A stretch of 63,092 nucleotides of DNA, counting the filler, from Reticulomyxa filosa (taxonomy: Eukaryota; Protista; Foraminifera), in assembly GCA_000512085.1 (NCBI GenBank). It is 24 parts of 24 records of this genome, joined end to end, with 100 filler letters (N's around TTAATTAATTAA, not from the genome) between each part and the next. Parts side by side here need not be neighbours in the genome. Positions count along the whole stretch, not along the records: positions 35,465 to 38,741 come from ASPP01003129.1; positions 38,842 to 40,572 come from ASPP01009902.1; positions 40,673 to 41,978 come from ASPP01019744.1; positions 42,079 to 45,721 come from ASPP01009998.1; positions 45,822 to 47,196 come from ASPP01022419.1; positions 47,297 to 55,370 come from ASPP01050195.1; 18 more parts are not named here. One strand, 5' to 3'. This document shows positions 38,357 to 51,685 of this stretch, piece by piece (the first letter of the stretch is position 1; every line of letters begins with the position of its first letter). Made by a program: the position numbers and the translations under genes. Below the pieces are notes generated by a model, which was not told where the DNA came from, did no database searches, and saw only the letters and a program-made list of their open reading frames with translations.

Positions 38357-38655
38357 TTTTCATTGATGCTACAAGACTGCATTTTATACAGAAGATATTC
38401 ATTTTTGTTTTTTTTTAGTTTGTGAATGTTATGATGAAAGATTTTTTAAATAGATGTGGATTATATTTGAAAAAATACCTTGCTGGAGAATAGTCAATTT
38501 TTGTAAGTACGGCACTTGGTAATCCGCCAAAGGTTTTCAATTGGATTCAAATCTTGTTTTACCACTTTTCGCATAGACTGTGAACTCGTCATAGTGCTTC
38601 CACATAATGCTTTTTTCTTTCTTCTGTGTTTATTGTGCGTTAAATACTTTAATAT

Positions 38656-38741
38656 TACAGTATGTTGCAAAGAAAACTGAACGCCTAAAACATATCTTAT
38701 GATGATAATTGAAAAATCAACATTTACAAGTCACCTAGATA
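38656..38741 (+). mobile_element. Tc1/mariner-like element end (TA|CAGTATGTTGCAAAGAAAACTGAACGCCTAAAA...) running into contig end
   Basis: Same motif occurs at three contig ends. Confidence 0.6.
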
Positions 38742-38841
38742 NNNNNNNNNNNNNNNNNNNNNNNNNNNNNNNNNNNNNNNNNNNNTTAATTAATTAANNN
38801 NNNNNNNNNNNNNNNNNNNNNNNNNNNNNNNNNNNNNNNNN

Positions 38842-38877
<36 letters not shown>

Positions 38878-38881
<4 letters not shown>

Positions 38882-40020
38882 AACTTTTCTCGCAAATTCG
38901 TGTCATGTTTGTTATGGATCAAGACGAACACTTTGTACAGATCTTTGGAAAAAATGCCATTTCGAAATTTGGATGGCAAATTGTCGGGCTGTGACAACAG
39001 TTTCAGCTTTTTAACACAGTCTTCGTCACGGGTGGACGCCACGTACATTGCGGCGATTGGCGCGTCAATAAAATCGTATTGCGAGTACTTTAGCGTTTCC
39101 AAGAATTGGGCTTGGTACAATGAAAACCAGGGTGTTGGATCAGGGTTTTCTATAAAAACAATGGATTATATTTGTACATACAATGCATATATATAATGTA
39201 TATGCCACTAATGTTTACAAATGTATACATATAAATTGCTGTCATTCCATTCAAAAATATATGTATGTACACATATATAAATATATATGTATTATACTTA
39301 TACATATACATATACATATATGTATATGTGTATATATACGCATATTGGAATACGAATATGAAGTAATGAAATTTGTAAATGTAGGACATGCATATTCGAT
39401 ATCCAACATATGTCATATGCGAATAAGTGACAAATAAAAACAAAACATAAACGCTCAAAAAATCTGTCCACATCGTTTCTCCCACAAATCCTCAAAGCTT
39501 GTTGTATGGTCGGACGTTGCTTCATTTGTTTGATTGGGTCACTTGCTGTCTTTTTCTCTTCTGTGCTCGTCTCGTCTTTTCCTCCTCCTCCTCCTCCTCC
39601 TCCTCCTCCTTCATTCGAACTGCCGGTCGACGGTCCAGAGCTTGCAGATGATAAGCCACTTGAATGCTGATTTTGAAATATGCAATTTCGCAAATGCGTC
39701 AATTGTAATGGTGGATGTGGCGCCAAACTTTTACAATAAGTCCCCAAATATTTCTCACTCTCCGTCTCATTTATCACGTTCACTTCTGCAAACGACACAA
39801 ATCGAACCGACATACTGTGGATACGCTTTCCTGACGGACCACTCTCCGTTTTCAGTGGTGTCATTTTTATATTGTCCAAGCTCTCAAATGGTTTCAACAG
39901 TTGCACAAAGTTCAGGTTGTTTTTTCCGACTATGTCCTCAACACTTGGAGTTGTTGCTACCATCACCACTGGCCGGTGACAACTGCGTACCCATTGTCTT
40001 AAGTCAAAACTTGCTTGCAT
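38878..40020 (-). CDS. TRAPPC8: TRAPP III subunit TRAPPC8/Trs85, N-terminal part, 3' partial
   Basis: PVVMVATTPSVEDIVGKNNLNFVQLLKPF, PTPWFSLYQAQFL, YDFIDAPIAAMYVAST, VFVLIH. Confidence 0.8.
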
Positions 40021-40543
40021 TTGGAGGAAAATGGATACGGTAATAGATCAAATGCTCAACTTTCAAAAATCTATTTAATCCTTTTTTTTTTTGTTACCAC
40101 CAAACTTTTTTCCAAGATGTGATAGTTTCATTAAAATTTGATATTTTTGGATGTGGCTTTCTGTAAAAAGACTTACACTTGCAAATTGATGCGATGATGA
40201 AACAAATTTTTACATATTGCATTCAATATCTTATATATAATATAAAAAAAAATGTTTGACAGTGCTTATATACCATATCCCTATGCCCTTATGACTAGTA
40301 GCAGTTTAATGCTTAACACATACACCCTTACCCACCCATTACATATGTCGCAGTATGCAATCTGTGGCCTTCACATTAAACTGGGTTATACTATTGAACC
40401 GTCACCGTCAACTTCAATCTATAACATCCGACACTCCTTTCACCAATAAATTCTAGTGCATTGATGCTTACCGGGAATAATCTACACAAATGAGCTCTTG
40501 TTTGTGACAACTAGTTGATAAATATATTATTTCAAATGTTATA

Positions 40544-40572
40544 TACATTATGTTGAAAAGAAAACTGAACGC
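40544..40572 (+). mobile_element. Tc1/mariner-like TIR variant (TA|CATTATGTTGAAAAGAAAACTGAACGC) at contig end
   Basis: 2 mismatches to the 38658 copy. Confidence 0.55.
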
Positions 40573-40672
40573 NNNNNNNNNNNNNNNNNNNNNNNNNNNN
40601 NNNNNNNNNNNNNNNNTTAATTAATTAANNNNNNNNNNNNNNNNNNNNNNNNNNNNNNNNNNNNNNNNNNNN

Positions 40673-41810
40673 ACTCGTGGAATGGTTATCTTTTAAGGTC
40701 GGCAGTGTAATTGTTGGCATATGCCAATAGATAAAGTTGCGAAGCCATTCCAGGATTGTCGAGCGCGATCCGGATGTTTGTATTTTCTGGACGTTATGAA
40801 ATGCGCATATACTCGCACCTATTTCCAGACTTGACAACGGCGGCATTAATACATTGGAAGCCGTGTTCACAAATTGACTAGCCATGCCCGGTGTTTGATT
40901 GTTCTTCAACTACGATTTGAAGAGAAGACAATTTGATCACACTATAATCGGAGGGGGGGGGATGGTCATGTGGCTAATAGACAGTGCAAATATCATCTGC
41001 CACAGCGAAAAGACATTCAATGCGTCCAATTCGGCCAAACATGACTAGCAACGGAATACGTACCATATGCCGACTATGCTATAAATAAATTATTAGTAAT
41101 CTCTAACTTCTTCGCTGTGATATTATTTTCTGTACATACACAGAAAGCAAACATTAATTGGAGATTATTGGGAAAAAAAAAAAGAAGGTAACTATTTAGT
41201 TATAATTCACTTCAACTTGTTTGTCTTCACATTACGCCAGTGTCCTTTTTTGATAATGATATTGAACACGTAGGACTTGGCGCTGCATGCTTCGATGTGT
41301 ACCTTGAAGGCATATTCAATTCTTGACAATGCAAATATCGATTATATGGAGCGCTTTTTAGAGTTCACAATGTCACCTTTGTCCAACAAAACCATTCTGA
41401 TACACTTTTATCAATGGAACTGGATGGTACGACTATTGCCACTAGTGAATGCGTTTTTCAGGATAGCTTGTATGTTGCATATCGAGCTCTGGACGCTGTC
41501 GGAAGCGTATTATTGGTAATTTGAAAGGAGAGCATATTGGATTCATATCTGTCAATAGAAGCATCATACAAATGACGGATACATGTTTATTAATATACAT
41601 TAATATGTTCAAGGAGCTGCCGGCCAGCAAATAAAGTGGAGAGAATGATACAACAGCTGGATTGAATATAATAATGACAAATGTGCGTTGTTGGAGACTG
41701 GTGCAATACTTGATTCTTGTCAATTATCCACTTTATATCTTCGCCACATATCTTCAAGTTCGCATTTGATTACGAGAGTGATCGAGTCCAATGCCAATTC
41801 TATAATGTTA
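40673..41810 (-). pseudogene. Degenerate unknown coding relic
   Basis: Coding-like composition with intron-like gaps and many stops. Confidence 0.2.
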
Positions 41811-42188
41811 TAAGTATGTTATAAAATTTTTTTTAATACATAAACACAAACAAAAAATACTTAACTATTGTTGTTGTCCTCGCACGAGGCGATCATTTTT
41901 CAACAAAAAAATTTAAAATAAAATTAGAAACATTATCTTTTTTTTATTTTTTCTTTTTCTACTTTCTTTTTTTTTTTTNNNNNNNNNNNNNNNNNNNNNN
42001 NNNNNNNNNNNNNNNNNNNNNNTTAATTAATTAANNNNNNNNNNNNNNNNNNNNNNNNNNNNNNNNNNNNNNNNNNNNTTTTTTTTCCCCCCCTCTTTTT
42101 TTTTTTTTTAAGTTGGAACATTTTCAAAAGGAGCAGAAAGATAGTCGTTGGAGGGGAGAACAAGAACAAAGGGGATAGGGTTTGTCTT

Positions 42189-43247
42189 TCACAAAATGAG
42201 ACAGCAACCACTGGCGGCTTGTGCTTGTAAATAATCGGCAACTTCGGCGTGTCCGGCTTTTCTGGCGTAATTAATGGCAGTGTAGCCCATGTTATCAACC
42301 TCAGCAACATTGACATGCAATTCTTCCACTAACTTTTTACACGTCTCCAAATCCCCTCTTGCAGCTGCGCAATGTAAAAATGTGCGATTGGTACTCCTTC
42401 CCTTTTTGGCCGGATCGCAATGGTGTTCAAACACGAATTGATATGCAATGTCAAAGTATTTGTTATTATCTTTCGTCACAAAGTCCAAACAATAGCTTAA
42501 TGGGGTCCTACGTTGGTTATCCTCACCATTTAGGTCTGCTTTATTCTTTATCAAGAGTTTCACGATTTCTTTATTTCCTATTTTTTTTTTTTTTTTGTAT
42601 GTATTCGTTTGTTTCCTTATGATTGCAACTTTGTTTAAAGAGACACGTACAAAGCAATGTTTAATCGCACATTGGTCGTGCGTGTATATGTGAGTGTACA
42701 TACACATATGCATATGTATATGTAAATGTATATGCGTATGTATATGTATATGTATGTATGTATGTATGTACTAGCAAGATCATGTATGCAAAAAAAAAGT
42801 ACACCAGATTAAACAAGTAAAAACACACAAACAAAACAAAACAAAGAAACAAACACACACACACAAAAACACACCATTTTCTGCGGCATCCATCAAAGGT
42901 GTTCTGCCCAATTTGTCTCCTTGATTCACGTTTGCTCCCTTGCTTATAAGTATGTCTACACATCCAATGTGCTCGTTACTTACGGCTTGCAGTAGTGCCG
43001 TCGCGTGGCCAAACGAAGTTTTTGCATTTACGTCAGGGGTAAAATCCAGCAATACTTTCACTATTTCTGCGTACCCTTTTGTGCTTGCCAATATCAGCGG
43101 TGTTACTTCTTCCAACGTTTGCCGAAACTGCACTCCGACGTTTGCCCCTTTTTCAAGTGCACTTCTTACATCCTCTGGCCTATTTCCGAGACATGCCTCG
43201 ATCAGGTCACTGTCTACTTGTCTCAAGGGTTCGATCACTGTTGTCAT
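42189..43247 (-). CDS. Ankyrin-repeat protein with C-terminal CC/CaaX motif; intron ~42875-42579
   Basis: TPLILASTKGYAEIVKVLL, TALLQAV, GRTPLMDAA, RTFLHCAAARGD; ends SGCCLIL-stop. Confidence 0.9.
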
Positions 43248-43691
43248 TATTTGAGTTTCTTCCTTTTTCTATTTCGCTATGGAAGTTGGTTTTTTCCGGT
43301 CCCAAAAGCTGAGAAAAAAAACCTGAAAAAAGAAGCAAGATGATATACAAGTTTTTTTTTAATATTTCCTGTTGGGCTTGCGCACGCTTTTTTTTTTTCC
43401 CTTAGTTTCTATGCGAAAATATAAAAGTTACAAACATCTTCTTTTGCGAAATACAAAATTCGGAGCGATTCTTATTTTGTCTTTGCTTATTAAAAAGACA
43501 AAATTTGCAGCTTTGAACTATTTTACCAGTAATCTGAAACAATTTAATTGCCAACAAATACAAAAAAAAGCTGAGCAAATATTTTAACAGTTTCGTCTCT
43601 TTTGAGGAAAAAACAAAAGACAGCTGTTTCAAAAGAGATGTTGTTAATTCGCACTGATTTTATCTCGAACAGTGTTTATATTTACTGCAAC

Positions 43692-44850
43692 ATGACCGTT
43701 TCGTTATTATGTTGCATAATCGTCTTGCTCTGTTTTATAGTGGACTGCCAAAGTTCTTTTATGCGTTGGTCACGAAGCAATCCGGTCACCACCAATTTGA
43801 TTGGCATAGTTTTGCCGCTTTGCATTGGTATTTTGTTATTCGTTTGTGTTCCTTCATTGTTAGTTGGGAGTGTTAATCCGGAAAATGACGCATTATTTTT
43901 GTGCAACATTTTGTATTGGGTGGGAATTACTACTTATACTCTTGGCAAAGGTATGCAAAAGAACTTTGGAAAAATGTACTGTTTAAGGATAATGAAATAA
44001 ACAAGGTATATTTTTTTGGTAGCGTTGAACAAAGCAATAACTGATGGACAAATAAAATGCAGCGCTAATTTATTTCCTGATGATGTTGCGAAGCTATGAC
44101 TTTTATAAAGATAGCATTTACCGATTCAAAAGTCGTGTGCTGTTATATTTGTTTGTGTACGTACTAGTTGTGACCACTGGCACACTGTACCAAGGAATTT
44201 TCCTAAGTATAACATACAGTCAACATCTTCCACGATCGGGTCTATGGTTATGCCAACGTGAATTTACTGTTATCGGAATGTTGTGGACGGCTATCAATGA
44301 TACCATCTTAACATTTCTATTGACATATTTGTTTGTTCAAGTATTAATATTTACTCTGGATTCCACTTCTCTTTTTTTTTTTTTTTTTTGATGCCATTCA
44401 AACGATTTTTTTTTTTAATTTGTGTTGTGTACATATTATATTAAAAAGAGATTGATCATAATCATGAACAATATTGAAGACAGTTCAAATGTAAAAAAAT
44501 TTCAATTGTTGGATACAGCAATTAAAATATCACTGCTGTCTATTGCAAGCGTTATTTCTTCATTTATTTTGCTAGGGATTATTGGATTGTTTGGGATTAA
44601 TTGGGTCGTCTGTGTGGATTGCGTTGTCACCTCCATTTGTTTGGTGTTGATGAGTCACCGTTTTGATTCCCAATACCAACGCGTATGCCATCTTTGCTCA
44701 GTTCAACTCAAAATGTCTATTGCTGCTGGATTCCCTACTCGAGGTTTGTATTTGCCCGTTTCTGGAATGCATCCTTCGTCACTTTTCTTGCTTTGTACAT
44801 GTATATAGTAACTGACGTGAGTGTGCGTTTATCATCGGTTCAACCCTGAA
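43692..44850 (+). CDS. Seven-transmembrane (GPCR-like) protein, multi-exon
   Basis: About 7 hydrophobic helices, Cys at the start of TM3 and in loop 2 (LCNIL/WLCQRE), D in TM5 and TM7; introns ~43951-44062 and ~44341-44448. Confidence 0.7.
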
Positions 44851-46399
44851 CACGAAGACAAAAGTCTTATCTTTTTTTTTCTCCATCTTTTTTTCTTTTT
44901 AATATCCTTTCCGCGTTTCATTTTGGGCTGTTTGGGAATGCATTTAAGTTGTTTATGCAAAAAAATAATATGGTTGGAATTTTTTGTGGTTGATTGGTAG
45001 AATTTGATTTGTATTGTTTGTGTCGAGTAAATATTATTTTTTTGAATGCGAAATTCAAATTTTTCTTATTGGAACATATTGTTGTTTTCCAAATTTTTAA
45101 CTACTTGGTAAATTATTGCAGATCATCGCTTTTAATTGAATCGAAGACAAAGCAGTTGTTTTTGTCTACAATGACTTTGTACAAATATCCACTAGAGTTT
45201 TATACAATTTTCCACAAAGAAAACTATTCTTGCCTTTTTAAATAATCAAATATCGAGCAAGCAGTATTTTTTTAAAAAGAGCAAAGAAAATCATTAACCA
45301 TCGGTGCAAAGAATTGTAAATATTTTATTTTACAAGGCCAAAAAAAGAAATACTTCAACCTTTTTAAAAATTTATACTCAAACTGTAAAATAATCTAGAC
45401 GCATCAACGATAGCATTAACTTTGGCATAACACCTACACATAAATCAATACGTACAAAAACTTAAATAGGTTCGCATTAAAGAAAAAATTAATCAATCCA
45501 AAAAATGTTTTCAATTTTTTTATCAAACAATAAAATCATTTGATTATATCATCATTATGTCATGCAAAAATCAATTTTTTTTGAAAGATAAAATGAATAA
45601 AATATTTTGTAAATATTCAAAAAAGAAAAAAGAAGTGTGATTCATGTTAAATAAATAGGGTATAAATAATTAATATTTTTATATAGACAAACAATTATGA
45701 TGAATATAAAAAAAAAAAAAANNNNNNNNNNNNNNNNNNNNNNNNNNNNNNNNNNNNNNNNNNNNTTAATTAATTAANNNNNNNNNNNNNNNNNNNNNNN
45801 NNNNNNNNNNNNNNNNNNNNNACAAAGCTACTAGAGGCGCAAAAATTGCCTGTAATGCAGTACAAAACCTCTTGCGCCAGCTTGCTCAAAGTAAATGTTG
45901 CGCCAACTCGCTCAAATTAAATGCTTGCAAGTTTTTTTTCCCGGAAAAACTGATCTACTCAGTCTTTTTTCCAAAAAACTGACTCAATTTTTTTTTTTGA
46001 TTGCGCTAATAAACTCTTGCGACACTAAGATTGGTGTTTAACTAAGATCTAATTGTACAATTTTCAGTCTTGAAAAAAATTGTGAACTTGGCATGCCAAT
46101 GAGACCAAAAAAAAATAAATTATTGCAGATTTCTTTTTCAAGATAAAAAACCATTGTTTTCGAAAATTTGAAACGTAAAAAAAAAAAAAACCCTAAGCTT
46201 TGTATTAATGGCATTTGCAATAACTAATCTCAATTCTTCGATAAAAGCTGTCAACAATTAATGTTGCTTGATTTACAACTATACTTTACTCCTAAAATCT
46301 TGCAAATTTTTCTTTGACATTTTGCACTTGGTGCGGGAGTAAATTAATATTTTTTCTTCCTTGTTGGCACTTTGAACTGATTTACATCTTTTGAACATG

Positions 46400-47196
46400 T
46401 TCATGTGCAAGTTTTTATGGATGTATGTTTTTTGAATGCACAACAGCAGAAGTGTAATACAAATAATAATCCATTTTTGGATTAAAATGTCAACAAAAAA
46501 CGAAAATTGAATCAGATAATAAACTGATCCAAAAAAGACGAGTCAAGACATACTTATGAGTTTTTATTTTGATCAAAGTCAAATACTTAAACAAATATCC
46601 TTTGAATGGATGGATATACTCCTCAAAACAAATTTAATAATTTACAATTTAAGAAGCAGGAGACAAAGAAGGGAGGACCTGACGATGAAATACATGAGTG
46701 TCAAAATAGAACCGAGCCCATTTTTTATCAATTTCTTTGAAGTCTTTAATAAGTTTCGGAAATTTGGACTTATAAAATTGATGAAAATGGACTCGTTCTG
46801 TTGAATTAAGACACAATTGAAAATAGGTGTAATTCGTGGATGTATCACAACGATAAAATGCCTCTTTTTGAATGGTGCGGATATTTGCTTTTGCAACAAG
46901 AGCTTGCTCCACTGCTATTCCATTGTATACTTCTTCATATGGAACTTTCAATTGTTTCGAAAGTAGTTTCATCAATTCGGAGTGACTGAGAATTTGTGGT
47001 GATGATTCATTCAATGTATTTGATTTATTATCACCTTTTACCTTGTTTGTATCTTCATAGTATTTCTGTTCTTCGTTAATAGCTGCATTGTATTTGGCTT
47101 TATTAAATAAAAAACATCCACCTTCTTGATTACGGAACAATTGATAAATTAGATCACCTAAACGAATTCGATATCCGACATTGTGACTTCGCATAT
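46400..47196 (-). CDS. Unknown intronless ORF, degenerating downstream
   Basis: 181-codon open frame from the contig end; no family. Confidence 0.3.
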
Positions 47197-47296
47197 NNNN
47201 NNNNNNNNNNNNNNNNNNNNNNNNNNNNNNNNNNNNNNNNTTAATTAATTAANNNNNNNNNNNNNNNNNNNNNNNNNNNNNNNNNNNNNNNNNNNN

Positions 47297-47622
47297 TTAT
47301 TGCTATTATTGTTGTTATGACTATCGTCATTGTAATCATCTGATAATATATGCTTCTGTTCTTCGCCATGTGGCAAGTGCCATTCTGTCGCGACGTATTT
47401 TGTGTCGCCAATGTTTTGTTGTATCAGCTGCATGCCGTTGTCCTCATTTGCAAAGTGTCGTAACATGACCAGCTTGTTGTAATATTTTTGCACACCACTT
47501 TTCAAATGCAGAGACAGCAGGTTTTCAATCCATTCCAAGATTGTCCACAGTATCAACAATTTCAACAATGGGTCACTCATCCATTTTTGTGGCAATATCT
47601 TTTTTACAAATGTACATTACAC

Positions 47623-47670
<48 letters not shown>

Positions 47671-48418
47671 TGTATATACGAAACTCGCCAACTCCTTTCA
47701 TCCGTCATAAACCCCACTGTTCGCCATACTTGTAAAAATGGCGGTGGCTTTTGGTTGATTGCAATAAGTATGTCTCTTGGAAGCTGTGAATAGTAGTGGT
47801 ACCATATACGAAGGAACAGATATGTACAAAGGAGCAAAAGGATATAGTTGCCATTGTTCAACAACCATAGCAAAAAGTACGTATGACGCCCATAAAATCT
47901 CATAAAATTTTCTGGAGTGGCCTTTTGCAAATAGTGCAAATGCATTGAGCCTGGAGTGTCTACAAAAGACATTACCAATTGTGTTATTTGCTTAGGTACT
48001 CCCAAGTCAGCGAAATTTTCGTTGAGCACGTCATGCAGTAATTGTGTTTGCGATTCAAAGTACACTCGCTTATCTTTATACCAAACATATGAATTTAAGA
48101 GGCCAAGCCACTTGTGTTGATACAGTTGCTCGTATAAGTACTCGATGGGCATTTATGTAAAAAATTTTAAAATGAACTTTCAAGAGAAAAAAAAAAAAAA
48201 AATCGAAACAAGTTTCCAGCTGATATCATCAATCCACTTTGGTAACTATCTGCAATGTAAAATATAATAATTAAACGAGAAAACAATTCAGCCTTGAAAT
48301 AGTTTTGATGTAACTTTACACATATAAATATATGTACATATATGCATATATGTTTATATATAAATAAAACAAATTGTTTTCCACAAATTTTCAGCTTTGA
48401 TGCTTTGTGGAACAGCAT
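47297..48418 (-). CDS. Hypothetical membrane protein, multi-exon, 3' partial
   Basis: ORFs 47604-48152 and 47297-47595 are joined by a (TA)n intron; hydrophobic segments. Confidence 0.5.
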
Positions 48419-48483
48419 TTGAGCAGTAGTAAGTTTGCAACTACTGGACCCTTTGACTTAAAAATGGGGGACATACTCTCATA

Positions 48484-50426
48484 ATGGAAAAAATATCATC
48501 CTTGGAGTATTCTTTCAAAAAGCGGTCAGTTGAAGATGAAGATTGGAAGACGAGCGTGTCGTCAGTGTTGAAGGCGTTGGACTTGGGCCCCTCGTGGGAC
48601 GTGTTGAAGTATGAGGGTTTGGACGCGAAGCCGACGCAGTTGTTTGCGAACATGATGACGCGATACCTGACAACGGACAAGGAGAGAGACATGGAGTACG
48701 TGGACGAGAAATCCGAGTGAACAAGGAATGGTTGGAGAAGATGTCAAAGGCGAACCAAAGCCAGACGACGCGTTTCCGACACGTGCAATGGGCATATAAG
48801 ATCTGGCGACTGTTGAAGCACACATCAAAAGCAAAGTCGAAGGTATGGACGAGTACGCCGAGTAGTCACGAAGAGCGAGTGTTTAATCCACAAAGTGCGA
48901 GCGAAAGTGCATACGCAAAAGAGGAGACAAACCGACACGTGGACGGAGTATTGAGTTGGTTGCAAGAGAGCGCGACGCCAGTGACATATTTAAAGCACGG
49001 CAAAGTAGGATACCAAAAGACATTGCGCGGCAAAAGACCAGAGAAGTTGGGATCATTGGACCCGGACGTATGGGTACGTGAGCACGTGGATCTGCAGACC
49101 GACCTATCACGCGAAGAGAAAGACGACGTGCGCGAAGAAGAGACAGTGTTATGGAACGCGAAGCAGCTGATTCGAATGGGCAAATGGCACGAAGCAGAGA
49201 CGTTATTCCGAGACTATGGACAGTCATGGCGAGTAGCGTCGCTAAGTGGAAGACAGATGTGGCATGACAGATTGGCCATCGACGACCCGTCTGCGTGCTT
49301 TGGCAATATCCAATATCTATTGTGGCTGCACTCATGTCAAGCGCTATGTCGCAAGTCCCCATTGTCCGAAGAACGCTGGATCTATGCCGTGTGTTGCGGC
49401 GCGCCGGACGTGCTCGTGCAAGGTCTGCGCGGATGGGAGGACATGCTCTGGGCACTCCTTCAGTGCTTTCAGCGCTGTCAATTTGTGCGCATCTTCCAAG
49501 CCCTACGTACTGACAATCTCTGCGCAAGTGCACAGTGTCGTAAGCTTGATCAGTTCTTATCTAACAAGAATTCCAACAATTTGAATTTAACAAATGGTGG
49601 TCTCACATCACTCACCTTGTTTCGTCCCGAGTGGCAGCAACGACTGCAAAGCTTGAAGAGTGTGTTTGCGTTTATCGAGTCGCAATTGGATGGATTGACA
49701 TATCCGTCGACGTCGGTGATTGCTCAATCAAAGAGTAAATCAGGAGCAGGGGATCATGACGCTGCAAGTGTGTTGTCCAAAACACCTGTGTCAAAAGCCA
49801 AGACACAAAATGTGTCGCGACAACTGACCTCTTTGGTCCCCACGCGCAATAACACGTCGCTGGTAGTCACGGCACTCACAGCCATGCCTTTGGACACCAA
49901 GTATGACAAGTTCAAGGCGCAGATACACGTGCAGTATTATCAGATTTGCAAAACCCTTATTTGCAGTCGAGATGTCCCTGTGGATAATGGTCTCTCATCT
50001 TCTTCTACTTCTTCTTCTTCTTCTTCTTCTTCTTCGTCTTCCTTGTCCCTGTTGTCCCCTGACAATGTCAAGACCCAGTCTTTCTACGACCAACTGCTCA
50101 ACGACTGCTTCACCTTCATTCAATCATCGGATCCAGAATCGACCCTGTCTTCACAGCAGTCCCAGTCTCAGTCCGATGTCGTGTCTCTCGACTATCTACG
50201 CTTTGTTCTTCATTTGTACTTGTACTTATATCCCCATGTCAATACCTCCAATCCTCACGGTCCAGAGCTTTCCCCTCTCATCCCACCCATTGTTCGTCGC
50301 TTCGTCCACGCCTTGGCTCAATCCAAACAAGTTTTTTTTTTTTTTTTTTTTTTTTGTCTTTCTTATTCAACTTTATTGTAACCCTTTGTGTGTGTAAATA
50401 AAGAAAATGGAATAAATAATATGTAT

Positions 50427-50457
<31 letters not shown>

Positions 50458-51685
50458 TATATGAAAGTATCATTTGGTTGCTCCTTATTGCCTAATTTTG
50501 ACTCATACCGACGCAGTTCAAACGTATGCCGAGTTTTTGCAAGGCATCAAAGACCCTCCTCTTCGCATCAAACTGCTGAAACACGCACAGCAAACGCTCA
50601 CGCAGCAGCACATTGTGGAGATTGCCGATCACATTATCCGGTCTGTTTGGGGGTGCGATTCCGACAGCGATGCCTGGAAACAGTACCAACAACCTCTGTC
50701 TTTGACCCCACTCGATCTCGAAAAAATTGAGGCCTTGGAGCTGTTGCTTCAAAACAGTCCTGATTCCGATCCTGCCACTCTGCATCGGGTCAATCAATTA
50801 CTTGCCTTGTTTGCTCGAGAATACAAAGAAGCCGGCTATTTCCAAATTTTGAATCTATTGCAACAACATCATTTTCGAGCCAAAAATCAATAGTCGTTTC
50901 GTTGCTGATCATCTTGTTTGTTTTGTTTTTTTTTTTTCTCATTTGCAAATTTTCTTGTGTGTTTTATTATAATTTAAAGAATAACATACGCACGATGGTG
51001 GGGGGGGACATCATAGTCGGCGTGCGATTATTATACCTTTGAAAGTTGGGAATTATATTCAATCGCTGCAAATTGGTTTGACACGTGGCAACAAGCTCAT
51101 CAAATACATTCCAAAACGCAACAGGCTTGCGATGCGCAATGCCAATCTACTGCCGACTCGCTGTTTCAATCCATCATCAAAATGCTCACCTATCACAAAG
51201 GATGGCTTAATCCACAATGTATGGGGAATCTCCACTTGACCTTTCCATTTTCTGTGTTTTTGTATATATCTGCGTGCATGCGTGTACATACCTTTTTTTT
51301 TTTGTGGATGGGGGGGTTGGCTTCAGATTGTGCCATACATTCGTGGAAATGGAGACAAGTTCATGAATTGAGAGGTGTTGTACTCATGCGAATCTTATCT
51401 CGTGTTGCTCACGTCTGCCAATGCACTGGAAAATATGAATTCAAGTTTCTTCTTCTTTTTTTTCTCTTTTCCTTTTTCGCTCAAGATATAACCTTAGCTC
51501 TAAATTTCTTTTCTTCCTCTCCTTTTAATTGGTATAGCTTAAATGTCATGAAATATGTGGCGGATGAAAAATATCAATTGTACAAGTGTTTGACAGAAAA
51601 TGATATGAAAAAGTTGCTATCCGATTGTGGTCGCGCGCAGATGCAATTATTACAAAACTCACAGAAAGGAAACATTCATCTGTAA
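48484..51685 (+). CDS. NUP107: Nucleoporin Nup107/Nup84, multi-exon, frameshift near 48710
   Basis: LSWLQE, SLDPD, LIRMGKWHEAETL, GQSWRVASLSG, GN, LW, ERWIYA, WEDMLWA, LRFVLHL. Confidence 0.85.

Noticed and set aside
40413-40427. 15-nt match (TTCAATCTATAACAT) to the tRNA-like arm
   Set aside because: Similarity does not extend and the sequence is AT-rich; likely chance.
1440-48720. Frame switches inside otherwise intact genes (DCD, RCC1-TBC, VARP, CAP-Gly, AP4M, Nup107) as programmed frameshifting or RNA editing
   Set aside because: Most fall in homopolymers or microsatellites, so sequencing error is the simpler explanation.
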